NCBI GenBank assembly: GCA_963814655.1
Contig: CAWFDU010000005.1
Coordinates: forward strand, 10,069 to 74,068
Reading direction: 5' to 3'
Source of the DNA: an uncultured Acidimicrobiales bacterium
GTDB taxonomy: Bacteria > Actinomycetota > Acidimicrobiia > Acidimicrobiales > RAAP-2
Length of the DNA stretch: 64,000 bases
Shown here: positions 1-10,837 of the stretch, piece after piece
How the letters are laid out: each line of letters begins with the position of its first letter
Numbering within the stretch: the stretch's first letter is position 1
Notes under the pieces: model-generated
The model's database searches: none
Told to the model about the DNA's origin: nothing
The model's input: the letters and a program-made list of their open reading frames with translations, nothing else
Made by a program: the position numbers and the translations under genes

Positions 1-2640
1 GCCTCGAGGTCCTCCAGGAGCTTGTAGATGATCTCGTAGGTCCGGATCTCCACGTCGGCCTTGGCCGCCATCTCCCGCGAGCGCCGGTCCGGGCGCACGT
101 TGAAGCCGATGATGGTGGCCGTCGACGCCTGGGCCAGCTCCACGTCGGACTCCGTGATCCCACCCACGCCACGGTGCACGAAGCTCAGCTTGACGTCGTC
201 CCGCTCGAGCTTGCGCAGGCTCTCGGTGACCGCTTCGAGCGAGCCCCGCACGTCGGCCTTGAGGATCAGGTTCAACGTGGCCGTCTCACCCCGTTGGATC
301 TGCTCGAACAGGTCCTCGAGCTTGGCGCCGCCCAGCGCCGACGTGGCCGCGGGGACGTGGCCGGCCACCCGGTAGCGGTGGGCACGGGCCTCGCCGATGG
401 TACGGGCCTGGGCGAGCTCGGGCAGCGACCCGGAATTCGTCACCGGCTTCGGGGGGCTCGGAGAACCCGAGCACCTGCACCGGGGTCGACGGCGGCGCCT
501 CCTTGATCTGCTGGCCGTGGTCGTCGACGAGGGCCTTGACCTTGCCCCAGGCGGCGCCGGCCACGATGGGGTCCCCGACCCGGAGCGTGCCCCGTTCCAC
601 GATGACCGAGGCCACCGGGCCGCGGCCGATCTCGAGTTCGGCCTCGAGGACGACCCCACGGGCCCGCCCCTCGGGCGACGCCACGAGCTCCTCGACCTCG
701 GCCACGAGCACGATCTGTTCCAGCAGGTCCTCGATGCCGAGATTCTGCAGGGCCGACACCTCGACGGCGATGGTGTCACCGCCCCAGGCCTCGGGGACCA
801 GGTCGTGCTCGGACAGCTGTTGGAGCACCCGGGTGGGATCGGCCTCGGCGCGGTCGATCTTGTTGACGGCCACGATGATCGGGACGTCGGCCGCCTTGGC
901 GTGGTCGATGGCCTCCACCGTCTGGGGCATCACCCCGTCGTCGGCCGCCACCACCAGGACGACGATGTCGGTCACCTCGGCCCCGCGTGCCCGCATGGCG
1001 GTGAAGGCCTCGTGGCCCGGGGTGTCGATGAAGGTGATCGGGTGGCCCTCCCACTCGACCTGGTACGCGCCGATGTGCTGGGTGATCCCGCCCGCCTCGC
1101 CGGCCACCACGTTGGCGTGGCGGATCTTGTCGAGCAGGAGGGTCTTCCCGTGGTCGACGTGGCCCATGACGGTGACGACCGGCGGACGGGGCCGCAGGTC
1201 CTCCTCGTTCTCCTCCTCGTCGTCGTCGTCGAAGAACTTGGCCAGCAGTTCCGCCTCGCGCTCCTCGCCCGGGTCGACCAGTCGGACGTCGGCACCGAGC
1301 TCGGCGGCGAACAGCTCGATCATGTCGTCGGTCAGCGACTGGGTGGCGGTGACCATCTCCCCCTGGAGCAGCAGGAAGCGGACGACGTCGCCGGCGGACC
1401 GGTTGAGCTTGGGACCGAGGTCGCGGGCCGTCGAGCCGCGCTCGATGATGACCTCGTGCTCGGGCACGGGAGCGGTGGACGGTGCGTACGCCGTCAGCGT
1501 GGTCGGCTCGAGCTCCTCCAGGTTCCGGCGCCGACGACGGGGACGGCGCTGGTTGGGACGACCACGGCCGACACCGGGGCCGCCACGACCGCCGGGACCG
1601 CCACCGGGACCACCCGGTCCGCCGCCGGGACCGCCACCGGGACGACCGCCCGCGTAGCCACCGCCGGAGCCGCCGGGACGACCGCCGTAGCCGCCGCCGG
1701 AAGCCCCGGGAGGACCGCCGGTCCGGGGGGCTCCGGGACGACCGGCGCCGCCCGGACCGCCGGGACGTCCGGCGAACCCGGGTCGGGGTGCACCGGGCGC
1801 GGGACGACGTCCTCCGGCCCCCGGGGGTGGTGGGATCGGCTTTCCGGTGATCGAGCGGGGCGGACCACCCGGCGGCGGCGGGATCGGACGGCCGGTGGCG
1901 CTCACGGGCGGCCGGGCCGGAGCCGACGACGGCGGTGCGGGTGCGGCCGAAGCGGCCGCGGGTGCGGCCGGGGTCGCCGGGGCGGTCGGGGCGGCGGCGG
2001 CGGGTGCGGCCGGGGTCGGGGCGGCGGCCGGGCGGGCCGCCGGCGCGGTGGCGGGAGCGGCCGGGGTGGCTGCCGGGACCGCCGGCGCCTTCGGAGCGGC
2101 CGGAGGCGCGGGCACGGGTGCGGACGGTGCCGTGGCCGCGGGGGTCGCGGCGGCGGGGGCCACCGGAGCCGGCGTCGGCGCCGGGGTCGGCGCCGGGGTC
2201 GGAGCCGGAGCGGCGGCCGGGACCACCGGCGCGGGCCGGGGCGGCGTCGGGGCCGCCGTCGGCTGCTCCGACGCCGGACGGCTGGTCACCAGTCGGGCGC
2301 CGCTGCGCTTGACGGGCGCGGCCGTCTCGGGCGCGGTCGGACCGTCGCCCACCGGGGCACCGGCGTCCGGGGCCGTCGGGTCGTCGACGGGCGCGGCCGT
2401 CTTGGCCGCGGCCTTCTTGGCCGGGGCCTTCTTGGCCGGCGCGGCCGGCTCCTCGGGCTGCACCTCGCGGCGCAGGCCCTCGCGGTCGGCCTTTCGGCGG
2501 GCGCGGTCGGCCTGGGCGTCCTCGATGGACGACGAATGGCTCTTGACGCCCATCCCGAGGGACAGGCAGAGGTCAAGGGCCTCCTTGTTGGTCAGGCCGA
2601 GCTCATGAGCGAGCTCGTATACCCGGATCTTCTTCGGCAA
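1..2640 (-). CDS. infB: Translation initiation factor IF-2. The 3' end runs off the window and there is one apparent frameshift near 420.
   Basis: TTG start at 2638-2640 follows AGGAAGGG. N-terminus is [16 protein letters not shown], followed by a long A/P- and G/R-rich linker. GTPase block: [17 protein letters not shown]...DTPGHEAF...NKID. After ...GDEFRVAA the conserved continuation [17 protein letters not shown]...[17 protein letters not shown] lies in a different frame (1-419). Confidence 0.95.
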
Positions 2641-2709
2641 CGGCTGTTACTGCCCTTCCTTCGATGTCGCACGTGCCAAAGCGCACATACGACCCTCCAT
2701 CCTCGCACA

Positions 2710-2994
2710 TCACGCCACCGGACTCCCCGAACCGGTCAGGTCCGGGTCCCCGGTGGGACCATCCAACTCCTGTCGCAGCCGGTCGACGGCGCCGGCCCCG
2801 ACCGGTCCCCGCAGGGCCCGCTCGAACGCCCGACGCCTCCGTGCCGACTCCAGGCAGGCCACCGAGCCCCGGCAGAGCCAGGCTCCCCGCCCCGGGAGCG
2901 TCCTCCCCAGGACCAGTGCACCGTCCCCGAGGCGGACCACCCGCACCAGGTCGTGCGCCGGCAGCGTGCGCCGGCACCCGATGCAGGTCCGTCG
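2710..2994 (-). CDS. ylxR: YlxR/DUF448-family protein (RnpM-like) between nusA and infB; 5' end uncertain.
   Basis: Contains RTCIGCRRTLPAHDLVRVV...GRGAWLC, the typical YlxR Cys motif, in the classical nusA-ylxR-infB position. Stop at 2710-2712. There is no ATG/GTG/TTG in frame between the nusA stop (3000-3002) and the conserved motif. Confidence 0.6.
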   Translation of the reverse strand, partial: RRTCIGCRRTLPAHDLVRVVRLGDGALVLGRTLPGRGAWLCRGSVACLESARRRRAFERALRGPVGAGAVDRLRQELDGPTGDPDLTGSGSPVA

Positions 2995-2999
2995 AGGGG

Positions 3000-4285
<1,286 letters not shown>

Positions 4286-4289
<4 letters not shown>

Positions 4290-4864
4290 GGTGTGGCGAC
4301 CTGCTTCCTCTCCTGCGTGGTCTGCGGTGCCGACCGGTCGGCGGCCGCCGCCGGACCCGTCGGGATGCTGCCCCGCCCCGTCTTCTGCTTCTTCGACGGC
4401 CGGCCCGGGGTGGCCTGGCCACCCCACACGAAGACCGTCCTCACCCGGTCGACGTCGGCGTAGGCGAGGCGCACCGGCTCGTCGCCGGCACCGTCGACGG
4501 CGAGGGTGAACCCGTCGTCGTCGGAGCCCACCAGGGTGCCGCGGAGCCGCCGTTCCCCGGGTACCTGCGGACGGGTCTTGACCGTCACCGTGGCGCCGAC
4601 GGCCTTGGCGAAGTGTGCGGGCGTGCGCAGGGGCCGTTCGACGCCGGGGCTCGAGACCTCGAGCGAGTAGCGGCCGGGGATCGGGTCCACCTCGTCCAGC
4701 AGGGAGGAGACGGCCCGGTTGGCGTCCGTCAGTGCCTCGAGGTCGACGCCGCCGGGGCGGTCGACCGTCACCTGGAGGACGCCCGCCTTCATCTCGACGT
4801 CCACCAGCTCGAGACCGGCGGCGGTCACCACCGGCCGGAGGACGGCGAAGAGATCCTGGACCAT
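4286..4864 (-). CDS. rimP: Ribosome maturation factor RimP.
   Basis: ATG at 4862-4864. Sequence MVQDLFAVLRPVVTAAGLELVDVE...YSLEVSSPGVERPL. Lies directly upstream of nusA and overlaps it. Confidence 0.85.
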
Positions 4865-4987
4865 CTGCGCTTCCTCCTCTCCCGTGCCGTCGGTGTCGTC
4901 GATCGTGGTGTTGCGGTTCCTGCAGCTGACGGGCCGGCGACCTCGCGGCCCCGGCCTGCGCTGCCCGCCCGGTCCGGGTGTTTCCGA

Positions 4988-5019
4988 CCAAAACAAAAGC
5001 GTGGGCTGGCCGCCCACGC
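4988..5019 (-). terminator. Intrinsic terminator downstream of proS.
   Basis: Stem GCGTGGGC (4999-5006) pairs with GCCCACGC (5012-5019) around a 5-nt loop. On the minus strand it is followed by TTTTGTTTTGG. It sits about 150 nt after the proS stop. Confidence 0.65.
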
Positions 5020-5168
5020 CTCGTCAGCGTCACTACACCCCAACCGAACGGCAGAGTGAAAAGTATAGCAGTGCCCGGGGGCGCGCGGGAGCCTGACCAG
5101 GTGGTCCGCACCACCCGTGGCGCCGGCGGTGGTGCCGCCGGTGGTCGGCCGCGGCGGTGGCGGACCGG

Positions 5169-6875
5169 TCAGGTGCCCAGCAGGGTCTCCACCGGGGCGT
5201 CCAGGGGAGCCTCCCGCTCCTCACCGGTGGCCCGGGACCTCCACTCGACGACCCCCCGGGCGACGCCCTTCGCCCCCACGACCAGTCGGACGGGCACTCC
5301 GAGCAGGTCGGCGTCGGCGAATTTGACCCCGGGGGACACGTCCCGGTCGTCGTAGAGGACCTCGACCCCGGCCGCCACCAGGCGGTCGTGGAGGGCGTCG
5401 GCGGCCTCGGCGACCTGCGGGGCCCGTCCCGCGCCGAGCGCGGCCAGGTGCACCCGGAAGGGGGCCAGCTCCTCCGGCCACACCAGCCCACGGTCGTCGT
5501 GGTGCTCCTCGGCCAGCACCGCCAGGAGGCGGGAGACGCCCATGCCGTAGCAGCCCATCGAGAAGATCGCCTCGGTGCCGTCCTCGGCGACGAACGACGC
5601 GCCCGGCATCACGCTCGAGTACTTCTCCCCCAGCTGGAACGTGTGGGCCGCCTCGACCGACCGCACCAGCTCGACCGGGGTGCCGCACCGGGGGCAGGCG
5701 TCCCCGGTCGCCACCTCCGCGAAGGACCCCCACTCGTCGACGGTGAAGTCCCGTCCGAGGAGCACCCCGCCGACGTGGTGATCGACCCGGTTGGCGCCGG
5801 TCACCCACGGCCCCGGGCGGGCCACGCCCCGGTCGGCCACCACGGTGATGCCGGCCTCCTTCTGGCCCATGGGCCCGATGTACCCCTTGACCAGGGACGG
5901 GTGGGCGACGAAGTCGGCGTCCTCGAACAGCCGCCATCCGGTCGGCAGTCTGGCCTCGCGGTCGCCGGCCAGCAGCACGAGCACGGGGCGCCCGGTCCCG
6001 TCCACCACGGCCAGGCACTTCAGCAGGTCGCCGGCGGCGATGGTCGGGTCGCCGAGGAAGGTGACGACCTCGTCGATGCCCGGGCAGCCCGGCGTGTGGT
6101 GCTCGACGAGACCGTGTGCGTCGTCGGCGGGTGCGACGGGGTCGCCGGACCCGCCCCGGGTGGCGGCCTCCACGTTGGCCGCGTACCCGCAGCCCGGGCA
6201 CCGCACGAAGTGGTCCTCCCCCACCGCCGACGGGACCATGAACTCGTGGTTGACGTCGCCGCCGATGGCGCCCGACTCGGCCTCGACCGGGGAGACGTCG
6301 AGTCCCATGCGGGCGAAGATCCGCAGGTAGGCGTCGTAGACGACCCGGTAGGAGTCCTGCATGGCGGCCTTGTCCACGTCGAAGGAGTAGGCGTCGCACA
6401 TGATCAGCTCGCGGGTGCGCAGCAGGCCGAACCGGGGCCGGGCCTCGTCGCGGAACTTCACCTGGATCTGGTACACGGTCAACGGCAGCTGGCGGTACGA
6501 CTCGACCTCGGCGCCGACGGTGACGGTGACGACCTCCTCGTGGGTCGGACCGAGCACGAACGCGCCCCCGCGCGCGTCGAGCGTCATGGCCGGCAGGGCG
6601 TCGCTCCCGAACAGGTCGGCCCGTCCGCTCTGCTCCCACAGCTCGCGGGGGTGGAGGGCGGGGAGCAGCAGCTCCTGGCCGCCGGCGGCGTCGAGCTCCT
6701 CGCGGATCACCGTCTCGATCCGGTGCAGCACCCGCAGCCCGAGGGGCAGGAACGTGTACACGCCCGAGGCCAGGCGGCGGATGAACCCGCCCCGCACGAG
6801 CAGCTGGTGGCTGACCACCTCGGCATCGGCCGGGGGCTCTCGCAGGGTACGGACCAGGAGGCGGGACATGCGCAT
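5169..6875 (-). CDS. proS: Proline--tRNA ligase (bacterial type with editing insertion).
   Basis: Uninterrupted 568-aa ORF. Contains MRMSRLLVRTLREPPADAEVVSHQLLVRGGFIRRLASGVYTFLPLG and class II motifs (FRDEARPRFGLLRTRELIMCDAYSF; GCYGMGVSRLLA). Confidence 0.95.
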   Translation of the reverse strand: MRMSRLLVRTLREPPADAEVVSHQLLVRGGFIRRLASGVYTFLPLGLRVLHRIETVIREELDAAGGQELLLPALHPRELWEQSGRADLFGSDALPAMTLDARGGAFVLGPTHEEVVTVTVGAEVESYRQLPLTVYQIQVKFRDEARPRFGLLRTRELIMCDAYSFDVDKAAMQDSYRVVYDAYLRIFARMGLDVSPVEAESGAIGGDVNHEFMVPSAVGEDHFVRCPGCGYAANVEAATRGGSGDPVAPADDAHGLVEHHTPGCPGIDEVVTFLGDPTIAAGDLLKCLAVVDGTGRPVLVLLAGDREARLPTGWRLFEDADFVAHPSLVKGYIGPMGQKEAGITVVADRGVARPGPWVTGANRVDHHVGGVLLGRDFTVDEWGSFAEVATGDACPRCGTPVELVRSVEAAHTFQLGEKYSSVMPGASFVAEDGTEAIFSMGCYGMGVSRLLAVLAEEHHDDRGLVWPEELAPFRVHLAALGAGRAPQVAEAADALHDRLVAAGVEVLYDDRDVSPGVKFADADLLGVPVRLVVGAKGVARGVVEWRSRATGEEREAPLDAPVETLLGT

Positions 6876-6941
6876 GGGCCGAGAGCCTACCGCCGACCCG
6901 TCCGGTCCCCGGGTGGACCGGACGCCCCGTGGCCGCCCCGG

Positions 6942-8189
6942 TCAGTCGGCGATCGCGCCCTCGTCGCCGAACCGCCTGCGGATCAGTTCGACCTTCGACT
7001 CCGACGCGTTGGCATCGGCACCCCTGGCGTCCAGGAGCTCGCGCCGGTCGGATTCGGCCGCGGCCTCCGCCCCCGCCTCCGCGGCGGCCAGTCTCGCCTC
7101 CACGCCTTCGGCGACCAGGCGTTCGGCTTCGGCCACCAGGGCCTCGACCATCTCCTCCTCGGGCACGACCCGGACGATCTTCCCCTTGATGAACAGGTGG
7201 CCGCGCCGGCGCCCGGCGGCGATCCCGAGGTCGGCTTCGCGGGCCTCCCCCGGCCCGTTGACCACGCAGCCCATGACCGCCACCTGGATGGGCAGGTCAC
7301 GGTCGGACAGGGCCGCCTGGGCGGCCTGGGCCACGGCGATGACGTCGATCTCCGAGCGTCCGCAGCTCGGGCACGCGATCAGGTCGAGCCCCTTGCGCTC
7401 CCGCAACCCGAGCGCCTCCAGGAGCTGCCGACCGGCCCGGGCCTCCTCCACCGGGTCGGCGGTGAGCGAGTAGCGGATGGTGTCGCCGATCCCCTCGGCC
7501 AGCAGCGTGGCGATCCCGGCGGTGCCCTTCAACAGTCCGCCGGGCGGCGGTCCGGCCTCGGTCACCCCGAGGTGGAGGGGGTGGTCGAAGGTCTCCGACG
7601 CCAGTCGGTACGACTCGATCATCAGCGGGACCGACGAGGCCTTCACCGAGATCTTCACGTCCTCGAAGCCCACCTCGGCGAAGTAGGCCAGCTCGGTGCG
7701 GGCCGACTCGACGAGCGCCTCGGGCGTGGCGCCCCCGTACTTCTGGTAGAGGTCCGGGTGCAGCGAACCGGCGTTGACCCCGATGCGGATGGGCACGCCG
7801 CGGTCCCTCGCCTCGGCGGCCACCAGCTTGATCTCCTGGGGCTTGCGCAGGTTCCCCGGATTGAGGCGGAGGCCCTGGACACCGGCCTCGAGGGCGGCCA
7901 GCGCCATCTCCACGTGGAAGTGGATGTCGGCGATGATCGGCACCGGCGAACGCGGGATGATGCGGGCCAGGCCCTCGGCGGCCGCCTCCTCGTTGCACGT
8001 GCACCGGACGAGGTCGGCGCCGGCGGCCGCCAGGGCATAGACCTGGGACAGGGTGCCGTCGACGTCGGCGGTCTTGGTGGTGGTCATGGACTGGACCGAC
8101 ACCGGGGCCCCGCCACCCACGGCCACGTCACCCACCTGGATCCGGCGGGTGGGCCTGCGCTCCGTCAGGGAGCCTCGCGGGTGTGCCAT
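6942..8189 (-). CDS. ispG: 4-hydroxy-3-methylbut-2-en-1-yl diphosphate synthase (flavodoxin).
   Basis: ATG at 8187-8189. Contains VSVQSMTTT, IIADIHF, RLNPGN, and Fe-S cysteines in ACPSCGR and MGCVVNGPGE. Confidence 0.95.
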   Translation of the reverse strand: MAHPRGSLTERRPTRRIQVGDVAVGGGAPVSVQSMTTTKTADVDGTLSQVYALAAAGADLVRCTCNEEAAAEGLARIIPRSPVPIIADIHFHVEMALAALEAGVQGLRLNPGNLRKPQEIKLVAAEARDRGVPIRIGVNAGSLHPDLYQKYGGATPEALVESARTELAYFAEVGFEDVKISVKASSVPLMIESYRLASETFDHPLHLGVTEAGPPPGGLLKGTAGIATLLAEGIGDTIRYSLTADPVEEARAGRQLLEALGLRERKGLDLIACPSCGRSEIDVIAVAQAAQAALSDRDLPIQVAVMGCVVNGPGEAREADLGIAAGRRRGHLFIKGKIVRVVPEEEMVEALVAEAERLVAEGVEARLAAAEAGAEAAAESDRRELLDARGADANASESKVELIRRRFGDEGAIAD

Positions 8190-8287
8190 CCCCCCATGCT
8201 AGGGGCGGCACCGACCGGCCGAGCGGCACGCGGTGCCCGACCGGCCGGCCGTCGGACCGGCCCGCCACCCTCGGCTCGGCTCCGGGA

Positions 8288-9610
8288 TCACCCGAACGGG
8301 TTGGCCTGGGGGTGGAGCAGGTCCGACAGCAACGACGTGGTGAACAGCACGCCGAGGAAGGCCACCAGCGCCCACGTGTAGGGCAGCAGCTTCGACACGT
8401 CGGCGTGGTACCGGACCCGGGAGCGGGTGCTGCGGATCTTCTCGTACACGGCGATGGCCACGTGCCCACCGTCGAGCGGGAGCATGGGGAAGAGGTTGAA
8501 GATCCCGACGAAGAGGTTGATCGAGATGAGGATGATCAGCAGGTCGCCGATGCCGGCGTGGACGGCGTCCGTCGCCGTCTGGACCACGCCGACCACCGAC
8601 TGCACCCGGGTGCCGTCGGCGGACGCCTGGCTGGCCGCCTTGGCGCTCGACACCTGGTCGAAGCGCTGCATCACCGACGACGGCGAGAACAGGTGCGCCA
8701 CCCCCACCACCGACGCCCACGAGATCCGGGCCAGGTCGGCCCCCGTGCGGGCCAGTCCGACCAGCGGACCCACCCGCTCGACCGGGGCGCCGAGGTTGAC
8801 CCCGATCAGGCCGTACGGCGCCGTGCCCGGCGGCTGGGTCAGTCCGGACTCGTGGACCGTGCGGCCGTTCACCGGGGTCACCACCAGCGTGCGCCGGGTC
8901 CCCGACCGGTCGACGACCAGCGTCACCGGCTGGTCCGGATGGCCGTGGAGCGCCGTCACCAGCGAGCCACCGTCGCCGGAGACCGCCCGGCCGTCGACGG
9001 ACACGATGACGTCGCCGGGGCGCAGTCCCGCCACCTCGGCCGGCCCGGGGCGCCCGTCGATGGCCACCACGTGCTGGACCGCGACCTTGTCGCCGTTGGG
9101 CAGGCCCACACAGGTCACGAGCACCCACAGCAGCACGAAGGCCATCAGGAAGTGCATGGCGGACCCGGCCACGGCGACGAGGAGCCGCGAGTGGAAGGGC
9201 TGCTCACGGTAGGTCCGCGCCTCGTCCGCCGGGTCGACCTCCTCGAGGTTGGTCATCCCCGGGATCTTGACGTAGCCCCCGAGGGGGATGGCCTTGACCC
9301 CGTACTCGGTCTCCCCCCGACGGAACGACCACAGGCGGGGCCCGAACCCCAGGAAGTACTCGGTGACCTTCATGTGGCCCCGCTTGGCCGCCATGAAGTG
9401 ACCGAGCTCGTGGACCATGATCATCACGATCAGGCAGGCCACCACGATCAGCAGGGCGACCTGGCGGGTGGCGACGGCCACGGCGACGACGGCCACGACG
9501 GCCAGGCCCAACTCGAGGAGGGAGCGGCGGGCCGACTTCCCTCCGACGGTCCCCGAGTCCGGTGGCACGGTGTCGGGCGACCCGGTCGGCCGCAGGTCGA
9601 CGGCGCTCAC
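8288..9610 (-). CDS. Site-2 (M50) zinc metalloprotease with PDZ domain, RseP/Rip1-like.
   Basis: HExxH in VHELGHFMAAK, a PDZ-like middle region, several TM stretches, and LPLDGGH near the C-terminus. The GTG start overlaps the dxr stop (GTGA). Confidence 0.9.
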   Translation of the reverse strand: MSAVDLRPTGSPDTVPPDSGTVGGKSARRSLLELGLAVVAVVAVAVATRQVALLIVVACLIVMIMVHELGHFMAAKRGHMKVTEYFLGFGPRLWSFRRGETEYGVKAIPLGGYVKIPGMTNLEEVDPADEARTYREQPFHSRLLVAVAGSAMHFLMAFVLLWVLVTCVGLPNGDKVAVQHVVAIDGRPGPAEVAGLRPGDVIVSVDGRAVSGDGGSLVTALHGHPDQPVTLVVDRSGTRRTLVVTPVNGRTVHESGLTQPPGTAPYGLIGVNLGAPVERVGPLVGLARTGADLARISWASVVGVAHLFSPSSVMQRFDQVSSAKAASQASADGTRVQSVVGVVQTATDAVHAGIGDLLIILISINLFVGIFNLFPMLPLDGGHVAIAVYEKIRSTRSRVRYHADVSKLLPYTWALVAFLGVLFTTSLLSDLLHPQANPFG

Positions 9611-10791
9611 GCCGGCTCCCCGCGACGGACGATCCCGTCGGCCAGGCGGCGGGCGGTGGCGTCGGCGTCGAGCACGTCCCCGACGGTCCGCTCCCCCGGG
9701 TCACCGCCGTCGTAGCGGTCGAGGGTGGCGGCGACCACGCCGGCGATGGCCGGCCAGCGCACCCGCCCGTCGAGGAAGGCGGCGACGGCCACCTCGTTGG
9801 CTGCGTTCAGCCAGGCCGGAGCGAGGTCGCCGGCGCGACCCGCCCGGTAGGCGAGGTCGAGGCAGGGGAAGCTGGCCCGGTCGGGTGGCTCGAACTCCAG
9901 CAGCGACAGGTCCGACCAGTCGATGGCCCCGAAGGACGTGCGCAGGCGACCCGGGTAGGCCAGCGCGTAGCCGATGGGCAGGCGCATGTCGGGCAGCGAC
10001 AGCTGGGCCACCACGGCCCCGTCGACGAACTCGACCATCGAATGGACCACCGACTGGGGGTGGACGACCACGTCGATGGCGTCGTAGGGCACGCCGAACA
10101 GCTCGTGGGCCTCGATGACCTCCAGGCCCTTGTTCATCAGCGTGGAGGAGTCCACCGTGATCTTCGGACCCATCGACCACGTCGGATGGGCGAGGGCCTC
10201 GTCGACGCCGACGTCGGCCAGTTCGTCGGCCTTCCGGCCCCGGAAGGGCCCGCCCGACGCCGTCAGCAGCAGACGGGCCACGTCGCCGGCACGGCCCGAG
10301 CGGAGGCACTGGTGCACGGCGCAGTGCTCGGAGTCGACGGGCAGGATCTCGGCGCCCGGGGTACGTCGCACCCGGGCGACGACCGGCGCACCGGCGATGA
10401 TCGACTCCTTGTTGGCGAGTGCCAGGCGCCGTCCGGCCTCGAGGGCGGCCAGGGTCACGTGCAGCCCGGCGAACCCGACGACGCCGTTGACCACCACGTC
10501 GGCCTCGGTGGCGATCGCCGCCAGGCCGTCGACGCCGGCGACCAGCTCGCAGCCGGCCGGCAGACGCGCGGCCACGTCGGCGGCCAGAGCCGGGTCGCCG
10601 ATGGCGACCGTGCGGGGGCGGAACTCGTTCGCCTGGGCCACCAGGACGTCGACCGAGCGCTGGGCGCCCAGGGCGACGACGCGGTAGCGGTCCGGGTCCC
10701 GGCGGACCACGTCCAGCGTCTGGGTCCCGATCGAACCGGTCGAACCCACGACGGACACCGTCGAGGGTGGGGTGCCCGCGGACGGGGTCAC
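9607..10791 (-). CDS. dxr: 1-deoxy-D-xylulose 5-phosphate reductoisomerase.
   Basis: Contains VVGSTGSIGTQTLDV, LANKES, DSEHCA and HPTWSMGPKITVDSSTLMNKGLE. Candidate GTG starts at 10789-10791 or 10756-10758. No in-frame stop separates it from cdsA as sequenced. Confidence 0.9.
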   Translation of the reverse strand: MTPSAGTPPSTVSVVGSTGSIGTQTLDVVRRDPDRYRVVALGAQRSVDVLVAQANEFRPRTVAIGDPALAADVAARLPAGCELVAGVDGLAAIATEADVVVNGVVGFAGLHVTLAALEAGRRLALANKESIIAGAPVVARVRRTPGAEILPVDSEHCAVHQCLRSGRAGDVARLLLTASGGPFRGRKADELADVGVDEALAHPTWSMGPKITVDSSTLMNKGLEVIEAHELFGVPYDAIDVVVHPQSVVHSMVEFVDGAVVAQLSLPDMRLPIGYALAYPGRLRTSFGAIDWSDLSLLEFEPPDRASFPCLDLAYRAGRAGDLAPAWLNAANEVAVAAFLDGRVRWPAIAGVVAATLDRYDGGDPGERTVGDVLDADATARRLADGIVRRGEPA

Positions 10792-10837
10792 CGGGGGCCG
10801 CCGGTCGGGGGTGTCATCCCACCAGCCTGCCCGAAGT

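Noticed and set aside
5060-5072. TATACT -10-like hexamer on the minus strand upstream of rimP.
   Set aside because: It lies upstream of the proS terminator hairpin, so transcripts would run into the terminator. There is no matching -35, and A/T-rich hexamers in the only AT-rich patch are weak evidence.
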